Source: Eledone cirrhosa
Taxonomy: Eukaryota
Length of the DNA: 64,000 nt
NCBI GenBank assembly: GCA_964016885.1
Contig: OZ024756.1
Coordinates: 24,490,001-24,554,000, forward strand
Direction: 5' to 3'
Translations under genes and position numbers: made by a program
Shown here: piece after piece, positions 1 to 12,545 of the stretch
Numbering within the stretch: position 1 is the stretch's first letter
How the letters are laid out: every line of letters starts with the position of its first letter
Notes under the pieces: model-generated
Seen by the model: only the letters and a program-made list of their open reading frames with translations
The model's database searches: none
What the model was told of the DNA's origin: nothing

Positions 1-276
1 GCGTAACTCTATGCTGCAAAGCATGGTGACCGACCCACTACTGATACTGGCAATCCACTGCTCTACAATGAGATAAATAATAAATATTTTTAACATAAGA
101 AGGCAGTGAATTGCCAGAGTCACTACGGCATCAGAGTAAAAATGAAAGAATTTTCCCATTCATTCATCCAGTATTATATTACACTAGCTGGCCCTGTGAT
201 GTAAAAAATGAGTTAAGCGCCACCAACCTTTAATAAAGGGGTGACACCTGCTGTCTAAAAAGAAAAGCAAACTTAC

Positions 277-377
277 CTGCCCATTTGTTCAGCAATGCTC
301 ATGAATCGATGAGAGAAAATAGACAGTTGGATGGCATCTAACTCAGTACTAACTGTTTTTGTCTTTGAGGAACCAAC
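277..377 (-). CDS. OPLAH: 5-oxoprolinase coding exon 20 (start of hydantoinase-B half)
   Basis: [33 protein letters not shown](R); ttttag / GTAAGT. Confidence 0.95.
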
Positions 378-385
378 CTAAAAGA

Positions 386-428
<43 letters not shown>

Positions 429-636
429 GTTGCGAGTTGGTTTAGCAGGAGTCATGAGTGCTAGTTGACATTCGATCTAGGGTGTTTGCTAAGTATTTTG
501 TGGACTGATTGGGGCAATATCGGAAGATGTGTGCGTGTAAACTTGTCTTGTACATTGCCTTTCTTTATTTTTTTCTTCCAGTCACTTCTGTGTGCCAGCA
601 CACTTCTCCTTGTCCTCTTCCTCTTTCAATCTTTTC

Positions 637-1195
637 TATATTTCATCTGCCTGTCACCCACCCTGTGGATTGTCTCTCTGTTGACCACTGGCTGTTGGTC
701 TCTGTCCTCTGAGGCATTATATTTCATCTGCCTGTCACCCACCTTGTGGATTGTCTCTGTTGACCACTGGCCACTGGTCTCTGTCTTCTAAGGCATTATA
801 TTTCATCTGCCTGTCACCCACCTTGTGGATTGTCTCTCTGTTGACCACTGGCCGCTGGTCTCTGTCCTCTGAGGCATTATATTTTGTCTGCCTGTCACCC
901 ACCTTGTGGATTGTCTCTCTGTTGACCACTGGCCGCTGGTCTCTGCCCTCTGAGGCATTATATTTTGTCTGCCTGTCACCCACCTTGTGGATTGTCTCTC
1001 TGTTGACCACTGGCCGCTGGTCTCTGTCCTCTGAGGCATTATATTTTATCTGCCTGTCACCCACCTTGTGGATTGTCTCTCTGTTGACCACTGGCCGCTG
1101 GTCTCTGTCCTCTGAGGCATTATATTTTATCTGCTTGTCACCCACCTTGTGGATTGTCTCTCTGTTGACCACTGGCCGCTGGTCTCTGTCCTCTC
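637..1195. repeat. 81-bp minisatellite, about 7 copies
   Basis: Unit TTTCATCTGCCTGTCACCCACCTTGTGGATTGTCTCTCTGTTGACCACTGGCCGCTGGTCTCTGTCCTCTGAGGCATTATA. Confidence 0.95.
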
Positions 1196-1503
1196 ATTTT
1201 TATATGTATTCAAATACACTCTTGCTTTGTCTCAATCAGAGAAAACATTGTTTTTATATATATATTTATATATGTTTAACAGGAATTACGAGTGCAGGTT
1301 GACATTTGGTTTAGGGGGTTTGCACAGAGTTTTGTGAACTAATTGGAGCAATAACGGTCTTATTTACGTATATATAATTAAGGTTAGTTTTCTGAAGGGG
1401 ATTGGAGAGTAGCCACAGATAAATAAGGTACTCAATATGTTAATAGAGAAGAAGCATATTTATTTTATATAAAAATGACTTCTACAGGAGTAGAACTGTT
1501 TCA

Positions 1504-1928
1504 TTTAGAGTTGCTGAAGCATGGAGCAAACTGCCTGCGTCAGTTGTTAGCTGCCGAGACACTGCATCCTTTAAGACACTCATGCTTCCCGAAATACGCC
1601 AAAACTACACCTGATGTACCCCTTCCATACACATGCACACATGTGTGTATCATGACTCGTGCACTGTTCATTTTACTGATGTTTGTGCATTGCCCTATGT
1701 ACTGTACATGTGACTTTTTTGATGAGTTGTGGTGCACCTGGGCACTGTACACAATATTTCATTATTGTTATTATTATTATATCATGACTCATACACTGTT
1801 CATTTTCCTGACATTTGTACATTATTCTATGTACTTTACATGCACCTTTGATGAGTTGTAGTGCACCTGAGCACTGTACACAATAATTTCATTATTATTA
1901 TTATTATCATCATTATTATTATTATTAT
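1504..1928 (+). mobile_element. 3' end of a CR1/L2-group LINE with duplicated 3'UTR and (ATT)n tail
   Basis: FRVAEAWSKLPASVVSCRDTASFK...* resembles the CR1/L2 ORF2 C-terminus. The 3'UTR block ending GATGAGTTGT.GTGCACCTG.GCACTGTACACAAT+(ATT)n occurs twice. Confidence 0.7.
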
Positions 1929-1986
1929 TTGTATGAAATCATCAGGAATGTCCATGATCAATCAAAGAAACTGAAGATCTATTTAC

Positions 1987-2050
1987 CTGGATTTTCACAT
2001 CTCCATGTGCTGTGATGCTAGTGGAACAATCTGGTTCAACGATAATGGTA
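1987..2050 (-). CDS. OPLAH: 5-oxoprolinase coding exon 19
   Basis: TIIVEPDCSTSITAHGDVKIQ; ttacag / GTAAAT. Confidence 0.92.
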
Positions 2051-2079
2051 CTGTAATGAAAATTATAGTATGTTTAATA

Positions 2080-2516
2080 ATGTATTAGTCATATTAGTAT
2101 TAGTCACAGTAATGTTAGTGTTCGTTAGTCACTGTTGTGTTAGTATTAGTCATTCTAATACGCATTAGTCACTGTAGTGTTAGTATTAGTAAGTGTAGTA
2201 TTAATATTAGTCACTGTAGTATTAGTATTAGTAACTGTAGCAGTAGTATTAGTCACTATAGTGTTAGTCACTTGTGTTAGTATTAGTAACTGTAGTATTA
2301 ATATTAGTCACTGTAGTATTAGTATTAGTAACTGAAGCAGTAGTATTAGTCACTATAGTGTTAGTGTTAGTCACTTGTGTTAGTATTAGTAACTGTAGTA
2401 TTAATATTAGTCACTGTAGTATTAGTATTAGTAACTGTAGCAGTAGTATTAGTCACTATAGTGTTAGTGTTAGTCACTTGTGTTAGTATTAGTCATTCTA
2501 GTATGTATTAGTCATT
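2080..2516. repeat. Degenerate (TAGTAT/TAGTCACTG) compound tandem repeat
   Basis: Repeated AGTATTAGTCACTGTAG-like units with higher-order duplication. Confidence 0.85.
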
Positions 2517-2691
2517 GAAGTATTTCAGAGCTATATTCCACAAAACTTTAAAACTTTCAAGAAGAGCTTGTATTCTGAACACCTGACCATAGTAAAATGT
2601 TGGGGAATTTCAAATATATTTGTTAATTTCAGAGTTAGCAATGGAGTGTCCTGGTGATGTCAGGCTGAACTCTTCTGAAATATCAGGAAAT

Positions 2692-2908
2692 TTAGCCCTT
2701 TAACATTACTCTATATTTACTATTATATTTTCATGGTAAAGGCTTTACTTCACATAATTATCTCACATAATATCGAATCTATGAGATTTTGATGATATTT
2801 ATTTTGAGAACAATACCTTAACATGAGTATAAGCAACCGGTTGCTTTGAAGAGAAAAAGGTGAGAGAATCCTGGCTGGATATGGCCGGTTTAAATGCTAA
2901 AGATTTAA
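2692..2908. mobile_element. piggyBac-type MITE copy (diverged)
   Basis: TTAGCCCTTTAACATT ... AAATGCTAAAGATTTAA; internal sequence matches the 14110 copy. Confidence 0.7.
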
Positions 2909-3006
2909 TGTAAATAATATACAGTTGTTTTGTTTCTCTTACTTTATTTTCATTTCCACACCTTTATATTTAACTTGCAGTGTACTGGCTTTCCCGAAAC
3001 AATCCT

Positions 3007-3402
3007 GGTATGGTATAAAACAGTTTTATATTGTAGAACCAGGGGTGGTTTCAAGTGGTATGGTATAAAACAGTTTTATATTGTAGAACCAGGGGTGGTT
3101 TCAAGTGGTATGGTATAAAACAGTTTTATATTGTAGAACCAGGGGTGGTTTCAAGTGGTATGATATAAAACAGTTTTATATTGTAGAACTGGGGTGGTTT
3201 CATGTGGTATTGTATAACACAGTTTTATATCGTAGAACGAGGAGTGGTTTCATGTGGTATGGTATAAAACAGTTTTGTATTGTAGAATCAGAGGTGGGTT
3301 TAAGTGGTATGGTATAAAACAGTTTTGAACCAGGAGTGGTTTCAGGTGGTATGGTATAAAACAGTTTTGAACCACGAGTAGAATCAGGTGGTATGGTATA
3401 AA
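3007..3402. repeat. 50-bp minisatellite, about 8 copies, degenerating rightward
   Basis: Unit GGTATGGTATAAAACAGTTTTATATTGTAGAACCAGGGGTGGTTTCAAGT. Confidence 0.93.
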
Positions 3403-3467
3403 AAGGGTAGAATCAATGGCAGAAAAAAGAAAGAAGCTATTTCCACCCTGTAAATATAAGGACTTAC

Positions 3468-3580
3468 CTATTTTTATCAATGATTATAACAGGTCCCTCC
3501 AGCTGATGTCCAGACTTCAGTGTCTCCAGTAAGTAAACGTTGGTTTGATGGTAGCCACCCTCAAAGTAACAGCGAACACA
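3468..3580 (-). CDS. OPLAH: 5-oxoprolinase coding exon 18
   Basis: [37 protein letters not shown](S); ggtcag / GTAAGT. Confidence 0.93.
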
Positions 3581-3677
3581 CTGACCATAAAAGATAAGTA
3601 ATAGTAAGAACATATTATTTATAGATCTCTAATCAGTTTCATTACTACCTTGTAGTATTTAGTCATGAGCAGGGTGA

Positions 3678-4304
3678 TGGATAGATTGTATGATGTCTGT
3701 GTGAGGTGACATGGGACATTGTAGTGGGTAGATTGTATGATGTCTGTGTGAGGTGACATGGGACGTTGTGGTGGGTAGATTGTATGATGTCTGTGTGAGG
3801 TGACATGGGACATTGTAGTGGGTAGATTGTATGATGTCTGTGTGAGGTGACATGGGACGTTGTGGTGGGTAGATTGTATGATGTCTGTGTGAGGTGACAT
3901 GGGTAGATTGTATGATGTCTGTGTGAGGTGACATGGGTAGATTGTATGATGTCTGTGTGAGGTGACATGGGTAGATAGTATGATGTCTGTGTGAGGTGAC
4001 ATGGGTAGATTGTATGATGTCTGTTTGAGGTGACATGGGTAGATAGTATGATGTCTGTGTGAGGTGACATGGGTAGATTGTATGATGTCTGTTTGAGGTG
4101 ACATGGGTAGATTGTATGATGTCTGTTTGAGGTGACATGGGTAGATTGTATGATGTCTGTTTGAGGTGACATGGGTAGATTGTATGATGTCTGTTTGAGG
4201 TGACATGGGTAGATAGTATGATGTCTGTTTGAGGTGACATGGGTAGATTGTATGATGTCTGTGTGAGGTGACATGGGTAGATTGTATGATGTCTGTGTGA
4301 GGTG
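3678..4304. repeat. 34-bp minisatellite (longer ~48-bp variants at left end)
   Basis: Unit GGGTAGATTGTATGATGTCTGTGTGAGGTGACAT; explains the overlapping ORFs at 3619-4467. Confidence 0.95.
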
Positions 4305-4410
4305 TGATGGTGTACGAGTAGATGATGAAGACAAATAAGTGATGAAGATGAATAAATAGAAGGCGATGACAAAGAAACAATGAAGATACGATACAAAAGA
4401 AGTTGCTTAC

Positions 4411-4549
4411 TTTTGTAGGTTTTGGTTTGTCAGCTGCAGTGTTGAGTTGTGGAGAGTGTTCTGCCATACTATGTCCAATTCCTCTAACTCTGATGTCATC
4501 AATTCTGATAGAACGGTCATCAATAACAAAACCAAACTCTCTCTTGTAA
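4411..4549 (-). CDS. OPLAH: 5-oxoprolinase coding exon 17
   Basis: YKREFGFVIDDRSIRIDDIRVRGIGHS...KPKPTK; ccatag / GTAAGC. Confidence 0.94.
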
Positions 4550-5633
4550 CTATGGAAGAATTGGAACAGAACAGAACATTTGTTTATTTATGGGTAATAA
4601 AAGAAAAGAAGTTAGTTTGGTGAATATCATCATCATCACTGTTTAATGTACATTTTCCACACTAGCATGGGCTAGACAAGTAGTCCTGTTGTGAGACAAG
4701 TCAGAATTAGGCGACTGAGTCTTGTTCGTACAGAACTGTTTCTGGCTTAGTTTCTACGATGGAAACAGTTCTGATCAACAAGACACGATCATCTGATTGG
4801 ACTTGTCTCAATCTCCATCTATAATTGTGTATATATATACATATATATAAATCAGGTGTCTAACAATTCAGCAACATTTGGACGTGAGTCTACATGTGAA
4901 AGCACATTTCTGAGGAGCTTTTGATTCCAGAGTCAGGAACGAACATAATCGATTGTTCCTCGAGCTGATTGGCAGTAAGACATGTAATATGTGATTAAAT
5001 ATGTATATGATGCAACACTGATTCTTTGTTCCCTAATTGTTATTATTATTATTATATATATATTTTTTTATATTCATTTTATTAAGGGTAAATAGTGAGT
5101 CTTGTTACTTTGGAATTTCACTTGCTTCTCACAGGGTAACAACACTCACTATTTAGCCTTAATAAAGTGAATATTTAAACTCTACTTTGGTATTGATTAT
5201 TCTTTTCTCTCAATTGTCAACTACATACGGATATATCAGCATTCTCATCACTATTTAACGTCCATTTTTTCCATGCTTGCATGGGTTAGATGTGCACTCC
5301 ACATTATGAGAAAAGTGCCAGTTGGTTTTGATCAAACAGAACTGTATTTTAGCTGGGCTTTTTATAGCAGGATGCCCTTCCTAACTCCGACCACGTTTAC
5401 AGTGTGGAACTGGGTAGTCCCGTTATGAGGAGGGTCTGGTCAGTTGGATGCACCGTACTTTATTCATAGCAGAACTGTATTTTGGGAGCTGGGTGGTCCT
5501 GCTAGAAGGAATGTCTGGTCAATTGGCCGTGGCGTACCGTACTCATAGCAGGACCGTCTTTTGACTGAGTGCCCTTCCTAACAACAACCACATTTACAAT
5601 GTGGGACACACTATCTATTTCTCTATCTCTCTT

Positions 5634-5870
<237 letters not shown>

Positions 5871-5879
5871 CTATCTATC

Positions 5880-6050
5880 TAAGGTGGGTGAAATTCCCGA
5901 GATCCATGGACGAGTTCTCTCCAGCGGTCTCTGTCCCTCCTTATCGCTGCCATGTCCTGCGTCTCCAACAGACCAGTGTCTGTCCTTAGGGCATCAACAT
6001 ACGTTAACCTTGGTCTTCCTCTTCTAGTGTGTCCATGTAGGGGCTCCCAA
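5880..6050 (-). mobile_element. RTE-type LINE 3'-terminal fragment
   Basis: WEPLHGHTRRGRPRLTYVDALRTDTG...DRDRWRELV, typical of RTE/RTE-X ORF C-termini; followed by a short simple-repeat tail. Confidence 0.75.
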
Positions 6051-6150
6051 TATATATACACATACATATACATATACACATACATATATATATATATATA
6101 TCCACAAATACACTTAGAGTGTAATTATCAGTGATAAGAAATCAACTCAC

Positions 6151-6288
6151 CGACTGAGAAATGACTGCTTGAAATCTCCATATTGACTGCTGTCTTTGTG
6201 TGAGGGGAAGTTTTCTGTGGAACACATTAAAGCACAATCTGTTCCCTCATAACGCAAGTGTAGAAATTGTTGTGTTGATATCTGTTCG
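6151..6288 (-). CDS. OPLAH: 5-oxoprolinase coding exon 16
   Basis: EQISTQQFLHLRYEGTDCALMCSTE...YGDFKQSFLS(R); ttacag / GTGAGT. Confidence 0.94.
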
Positions 6289-6989
6289 CTGTAAAAGAAA
6301 ATCATTAGATATTTATTCAGAAACCAGGGCAGTGGATTGGCAGAATTGGTATAGGGTCAGATAAAGTACCATTGCTGTATTTGTTTTGGTTTTTTATACA
6401 CATTCTGAGTTCAAATCCCACTGAGGTATAACTTTGCCTTTCATCCTTCAGCCGATTGATAGAAACCATGCAGAAGTCTATCATATGTGTATGTATGTGT
6501 GTGTGTGTGTGTGTGTATATATGTATGTGTGTGTATATGTGTGTCTGTATATATGTATGTGTGTGTATATATATATAGGAAAAGAGTCAGGACCCCGACG
6601 ACTGAGCTCCGGTCATTTCAACAGCTAGATCATATATATATATATATATATGTGAATTTACTGAAGATACATATATACATATATACACAAGTATAGACAT
6701 ACATATGAGGGAGTCCAACCAATACCAATTTTGCTCAATGGAGGAATTAATAAGAAACAATTTGCTGCTCCTCTGTAGAATGCTAGTCACGTGATAATTG
6801 TCCCATTTGAAATTATTGCTGGTAGCAGATAGCTCAGATGAATTCTTTCTTGTTGGAAAATGCTCCCTGATGAGTTGAGATTCCGCAGTACTCAGTGCTG
6901 AGGTTTACACAATGTAACTGTGGTAAGGATGTTCTAAGTAAATAGGTAAATTTTTCTTTATCTTGCTTGCTTTTCCTAAATATAATTTT

Positions 6990-7043
<54 letters not shown>

Positions 7044-7540
7044 TAATTTATATATATATATAAATATAAATATAATTTATATATATATATATATATTCAA
7101 TTAGAAATTGAACAACACAAAATATAACTACTCCATTACCAAAGGTTTCTGGATCACAGACGATAATAATATATGTCTGGATTGGTCGTCAGACAGAGAT
7201 GTTATAGATAAAAGATATGAAATGAGATTTAAAATCTGTTAAAAATTTTTTAACAGATTTTAAATCTCATTTCTGGTTTGAACAGAAAAGGCTGAGAGAA
7301 TTCTGGCTGGATACGGCCGGTTTAAATGCTAATGGGTTAAAATAGTTTTGTGTCATAGAACCAGGGGCTTGTTTTTGGTAATTTGGTATAAAAGGGGTTA
7401 AAATATAGAAATAGTAGACAGGAAGCAATGATTGGACATACACAGAGGGGGGGGGGGGTGTCCAGGCAGGTTTAGTATTGAATGGGTTACTACAATATAA
7501 GCAAGAAGCAAGATCGGACATAAATTATAACTGGACATAC

Positions 7541-7622
7541 TCTGTAAATCCTTGAATCTTTAAGGCTTCTTTACATTTCTCTATCAAAGTCAATATTTGT
7601 TGATCAATGTGAGATAGTGTAG
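7541..7622 (-). CDS. OPLAH: 5-oxoprolinase coding exon 15
   Basis: TLSHIDQQILTLIEKCKEALKIQGFT; tttcag / GTATGT; phases match the neighbouring exons. Confidence 0.9.
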
Positions 7623-7704
7623 CTGAAATGATAGTTTAAAAAATGATAATAATAATTATTTCATTTATTGGCCACAAGGGCCGAAAAAAATAATAATAAT
7701 GAAA

Positions 7705-8535
7705 ATAATTGTTTCTACTTTTGGCACAAGGCCAGCAGTTAATCAGTACATTACTGGTACTTTATTTTATCGACCCCGTAAGGATGTAAGACAAAGTTAA
7801 CCTCGACGGGATTTGAACTCAGACCGTAAAGGGACATAACTATACTAGAATGCATGGCTTCCAACTCTCTCGCCATCCTTTCTAGTATAGTTACGTCCCT
7901 TTACGGTCTAAGTTAATAATAATTGTTTCTACTTTAGGCACAAGGCCAGCAATCATCAGTTCATTACTGGTACTTTATTTTATCGACCCCGTAAGGATGA
8001 AAGGCAAAGTCAACCTCGGCAGGAGATAATTGTTTCTACTTTAGGCACAAGGGCCAGTAATTATCCAGTGCATTACTGGTACTTTATTTTATCGACCCCG
8101 TAATGGTTTCATTTATTGGCCACAAGGGCCAACATATAGGGGATAATACAATAGACAGGGACAGTGGGGGGTTTTATACAAAAATCGAGTAAAAAAAAAT
8201 AGAAAAACAATAACAATAAACAAGAAAAATATAACAACGAAAATTCCCCAATTGGGGGGATTACCACCCAAGGTTGACTCAGGTACCCCACCAATCCTGA
8301 ACCACCCACCAACGCTTAATAATAATGGTTTCTTATATAGGCACAAGGCCAACAATTTGGGGGGAGAGGACAGTCAATTAAATCGACCTCAGTGCGTGAC
8401 CGGTACTTTATTTTATCGACTCCGTAAGGATGAAAGGCAAAGTTCACCTCAGAGGGATTTGAACTCAAAGAGGTGCAGAGAACTGTAACTAATACAACAA
8501 AGCATTCTATCCAATCTTCTAACGACTCAGCCAAT
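7705..8535 (-). mobile_element. Cluster of tRNA-derived SINE copies and fragments
   Basis: Reverse complements of the SINE seen at 54703 (GAGTTCAAATCC B box; CTTTCATCCTTACGGGGTCGATAAAATAAAGTACCAG core) at about 7705, 7920, 8028 and 8325. Confidence 0.85.
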
Positions 8536-8572
8536 ATGCCACTTAAGATAACTGGATTTAATTATAACTTAC

Positions 8573-8661
8573 TTGGTTCATAAAAACTGGCACAGGGAAT
8601 TTGTTCTTCATGGACCACATCAGCTAATGCCATTCCATAGGCTGAAAGTATTGCTGAAAAC
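8573..8661 (-). CDS. OPLAH: 5-oxoprolinase coding exon 14
   Basis: FSAILSAYGMALADVVHEEQIPCASFYEP; ctatag / GTAAGT. Confidence 0.94.
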
Positions 8662-9115
8662 CTATAGATAAAAGAAGAAGAAAAAAAAAAAAAAAAAAAA
8701 AAAAATCACCAATAAAAAATATGATCATCTCTGTCTCTTTTGATAAGAAGCTTCCTATCATTGTCTCTTTTCCATTAATCCCCGAATTCCCAATCACCCT
8801 GTAACTCTGTCTCACCCATCAAAGTAAAATGCAACTATTACACTCTGTAAAATGGTTGATGTTAGGAAGGGCATCCAGCTATAGAACCCATGCCGAATGA
8901 AATGTGTTGATGGGCTGCTGCTACATAAATTACCCCAGCCTCTTAGCCTTTGGCAGTGGTTCAAAAACTTATTTATGACACTAATCCCTAATACGAATTT
9001 CAAAAATTGCAGAAACTTTATACGATTTTTCAAAACTTACAGAACCTATACCTATATTTTATGGACAATCTTCATCAGAATAAAAAAAAAAAAAATGGAA
9101 TAAGCTCCTATTTAC

Positions 9116-9228
9116 CTGTGTATGAAGATCTCTGAAATTCCCAGTGATCGAGCAATGGAGCAAGCATGTTGAGCACCAGCACCACCAAAACAGGCCAATA
9201 TATGCTGAGAAGTATCAAAGCCTTTCGA
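9116..9228 (-). CDS. OPLAH: 5-oxoprolinase coding exon 13
   Basis: [37 protein letters not shown](R); ttctag / GTAAAT. Confidence 0.95.
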
Positions 9229-9692
9229 CTAGAATAGAGCAAACATAATAATAGATAATTGTTTCTACATTTGGCACAAGGCCAGTAATTTGAAGGGGAG
9301 GGGAAAGTCGATTAAATCATCCCTAGTGTATTACAGGTACTTTGTTTTATCGACCCCATAAGGACGAAAGGCAAAGCTAACCTCGCTACATCTTACTGAT
9401 GCTGTATCCTTTTATGTTATAATGGTAATCAATAAACTAAGTAGCAATCTAAAATAAGCAGTAAGGTTTATATGATAGGTTAAAACTCTCAAAGGTGTTG
9501 CCTCTGCATGGCCACAGTTCAATGGTTGTAACCAGTGAAAGGACAAAAAGAATAAAGAAATAAACAAAAGCAAAGAAAACAAACAATGAATCAAACAAAA
9601 CAAATAAAAATAAAAATTTTGATAGAAATTCAAGCAAAATCAGGTATACAAACATCTTGAATAAGATAACCATTGCAACTAGTGATGCTTAC

Positions 9693-9815
9693 CTGGGTGA
9701 GAGCTCTAATTGGACGGCACATAGCTTCATTAGCAACCCGTATGAAGCCCATAGCAACCTCTTCTATACTCATTGTGTGACTGCCAGGTTGTTGACCTAA
9801 AATAAAATGGTTTAC
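9693..9815 (-). CDS. OPLAH: 5-oxoprolinase coding exon 12
   Basis: [41 protein letters not shown]; tttcag / GTAAGC. Confidence 0.95.
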
Positions 9816-9896
9816 CTGAAATAATACAATGAGCAGGAAAGAAAATAAAGAAATTAATAAAGACAAAATGAAATCTGACAATTTTAAAAATAGACA

Positions 9897-10112
9897 CAGG
9901 TATAGCTGTGTGGTTAAGGAATTCATTTCACAACATAGGTGTAGATATGGCTGTGTAGTTAAGGAGTTTACTTCACAATGTAGGTGTAGGCATGGCTGTG
10001 TGGTTAAGGAGTTCACATCACAACACAGGTGTAGGTAATGCTGTGTGGTTAAGGAATTCACTTCACAACATAGGTGTAGGTATGGCTGTATAGTTAAGGA
10101 GTTCACTTCACA
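9897..10112 (+). repeat. 45-bp minisatellite, about 5 copies, SINE-head-like
   Basis: Unit GGTGTAGGCATGGCTGTGTGGTTAAGGAGTTCACTTCACAACATA contains a TGGCnnnnTGG A-box-like motif. Confidence 0.9.
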
Positions 10113-10600
10113 GTCAAGTGTCTTTTAGTTTAGACGTGGTTTAACTAATGTCTTAAGAGTGGAATTGTGTGTGTGAATACCTATCGGTATGTGTGGTTAC
10201 ATTTATACGCAACTTAATAACTAGTATTGTATGTTCACATAACTTAGCAGTCAACGAAAGAATTGATAAAATAACCAGCAGACTTAAAATTATGTGCTGG
10301 GGTTGATATGGTCGACTAAAATCTTGGTGGTTAATTCCCAGCTGCTGCTCTTGCTCAATTGTTTCAGCTGAGTTGACTGGAGCAGCATGAATGAAGTGTC
10401 TTGCTGAAGGACATGATGAACCACCAAGTCTAGGGATAGAACCCACGATTTTATGATCACGAATCCAACACCCTAAACACAAGGCCATGTACCTTCACCT
10501 ATGTTGCTGAAGTGTCATTAATAAAGATACCAACACCCTAACCACAAGGTGACGTACCTTCACCTATAATGCCGAAGTGTCATTAACAAAAGATTCTTAC

Positions 10601-10743
10601 CTTGGTCGTTAATTTATGAAAGGCCTTTAAAGTAGCTTCTTTATCAAGTGGTTGATCCTTTGATTCTCCGAAGATGTGTGGAAAATATTCCGGCAAGATT
10701 CGTCCAAGGCACAAATTGGCGTCGGTAACAGTCAACGGACCAT
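10601..10743 (-). CDS. OPLAH: 5-oxoprolinase coding exon 11
   Basis: (N)GPLTVTDANLCLGRILPEYFPHIFGESKDQPLDKEATLKAFHKLTTK; ccccag / GTAAGA. Confidence 0.95.
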
Positions 10744-11130
10744 CTGGGGGAGATGAGAGCACATCAATTTATAAGAAAGAATTAACAAACAAAAAAGGTC
10801 GGGAGTGAGGACTCTTCAGCTATGTTGAAGACATGACAACCTCCCTAATGCTGGTGCCAAGATAAAATCCACTCAGTAGAGTGTGGGACCATATGTATGC
10901 AAGATACTGGCCTATACAGTCTGTCCAAACAAGATGCAGACTCCCTAGCACATTTGAGAGGTCAGTAGCTCCACTTCAGTACTGACTTGGTCTGTGACAA
11001 CCTGTTGAAGCCTTGCTAACAAGGAAAATGGACATTAAATGCTAGTTCATAGCATCCCCATGCACGAGTACACCACTCTTTATATCAACTTTATCCTCTC
11101 AGCACTTTGTAAAAGTCCGAGAGATCAGCT

Positions 11131-11163
<33 letters not shown>

Positions 11164-11235
11164 CATTTTTAGATTTTTTTAATTTTTGCTAAATCTTTAC
11201 AGGATGTTATGGTCTAAATAAACAGAGTAACTTAC

Positions 11236-11353
11236 TTTTTTTGTAGCACAAAGGTCCCGGGTGGGCCCCAGCAGATTCTGGACCCACAACAAATAAACCA
11301 GATCTAAAATATAAAATGGATCCACCTCCAGCAGCAACAGTATTGACATCCAG
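11236..11353 (-). CDS. OPLAH: 5-oxoprolinase coding exon 10
   Basis: [39 protein letters not shown]; ttgcag / GTAAGT. Confidence 0.96.
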
Positions 11354-11899
11354 CTGCAATAGAGAAGAAAACACTTCATTCACTATATACAGAAGTAGCA
11401 GCAACAGCAGCAACAGCAACAATTAAGTACTGAAGTTGATTCTTCCTCTTTCTTACTTCCTCTCTATCACTATCTCTCTATCTCTGGAAGAAATCAGCCG
11501 TGTTCAGACATGGAGAGGCATGGGCTCCACCAGGTTTAAAGAGCCCATGATGTGCCATATGTCACTTTCGCACCCCTACGACTCCATCAGGAATTACAAT
11601 AATAAAGTTTAAATAATACAAACAAATGAATACGACAGAAATGAAATAAAATTAAATAACAAAAAGAATATGTAAATTGAGTTAAATATAATTGTTGCTA
11701 TTTCATGCCATACATGGAGTCTTATACAGTAGTACAACATCATGTAACCACAACTGGTACAGCCAGTCGTTGGAGGTGGGGCACTCAAGATGTCCCACTG
11801 GTGCAGCCAATTATTGGGGTGCCACTCTAGACGCTTTTGCAGTCAGTCATTGGTCTCTATTCTCCATGATGTGTAGAAAGGTCTCTGTGTTGTGATCAG

Positions 11900-12160
11900 T
11901 CCAGTCTTTGATGCTGCGGGACCAGGATTTTCTTTGTCTTCTTCTTCTTCACCCTCCCTCGACTGTGCCCTGAAGGATGGTTTGGGACAAGGAGCTGTGA
12001 TATGGGATATATCACCATATCAGACAAGATTCTGTCTTTTCACCATTGCAAGATGTGGTTCCTGTCTGTCAGCATATTTGTTAACTTGCTGCCTGACAAA
12101 GCTGTTTGTGTTGTGCTCCATGTATGGGATGTGTAGCAACCTTCTGAAGTACTTGTGCTC
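11900..12160 (-). mobile_element. RTE-type LINE 3' fragment
   Basis: Minus strand reads RLLHIPYMEHNTNSFVRQQV...AMVKRQNLVWYG, resembling the RTE C-terminal region. Confidence 0.65.
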
Positions 12161-12177
12161 TAGTACATTTACACATA

Positions 12178-12425
12178 GTACAACTACACACGGAGTCTTA
12201 TATAATGGTACAACTGTTCATGGAGTCTTGTATAGTGGTACACCTGTTCATGGAGTCTTATATAGTGGTACAACTACACACAGAGTCTTATATAGTGGTA
12301 CAACTGTTCATGGAGTCTTATATAGTGGTACAACTGTTCATGGAGTCTTATATAGTGGTACAACTGTTCATGGAGTCTTATATAGTGGTACAACTGTTCA
12401 CGGAGTCTTATATAGTGGTACAATT
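12178..12425. repeat. 30-bp minisatellite, about 8 copies
   Basis: Unit CAACTGTTCATGGAGTCTTATATAGTGGTA. Confidence 0.95.
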
Positions 12426-12456
12426 GTCAAGGTATGATGTGAGCAATAAAACTGAC

Positions 12457-12545
12457 CTGCGGTGCTTGAATAGTGATTCCGGCAGTGGTTGATTCAAAAA
12501 CATGTTCAAACTGTCCAGCATAGCGACTGACATCTGTTGATGTAC
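12457..12545 (-). CDS. OPLAH: 5-oxoprolinase coding exon 9
   Basis: (G)[29 protein letters not shown]; gttcag / GTCAGT. Confidence 0.95.

Noticed and set aside
465-1337. ORFs with 27-aa repeats on both strands
   Set aside because: Products of the 81-bp intronic minisatellite; open on both strands with no splice or homology support.
3619-4467. Overlapping 223-282-aa minus-strand ORFs
   Set aside because: Translations of the 34-bp minisatellite; only 4411-4467 overlaps a real OPLAH exon.
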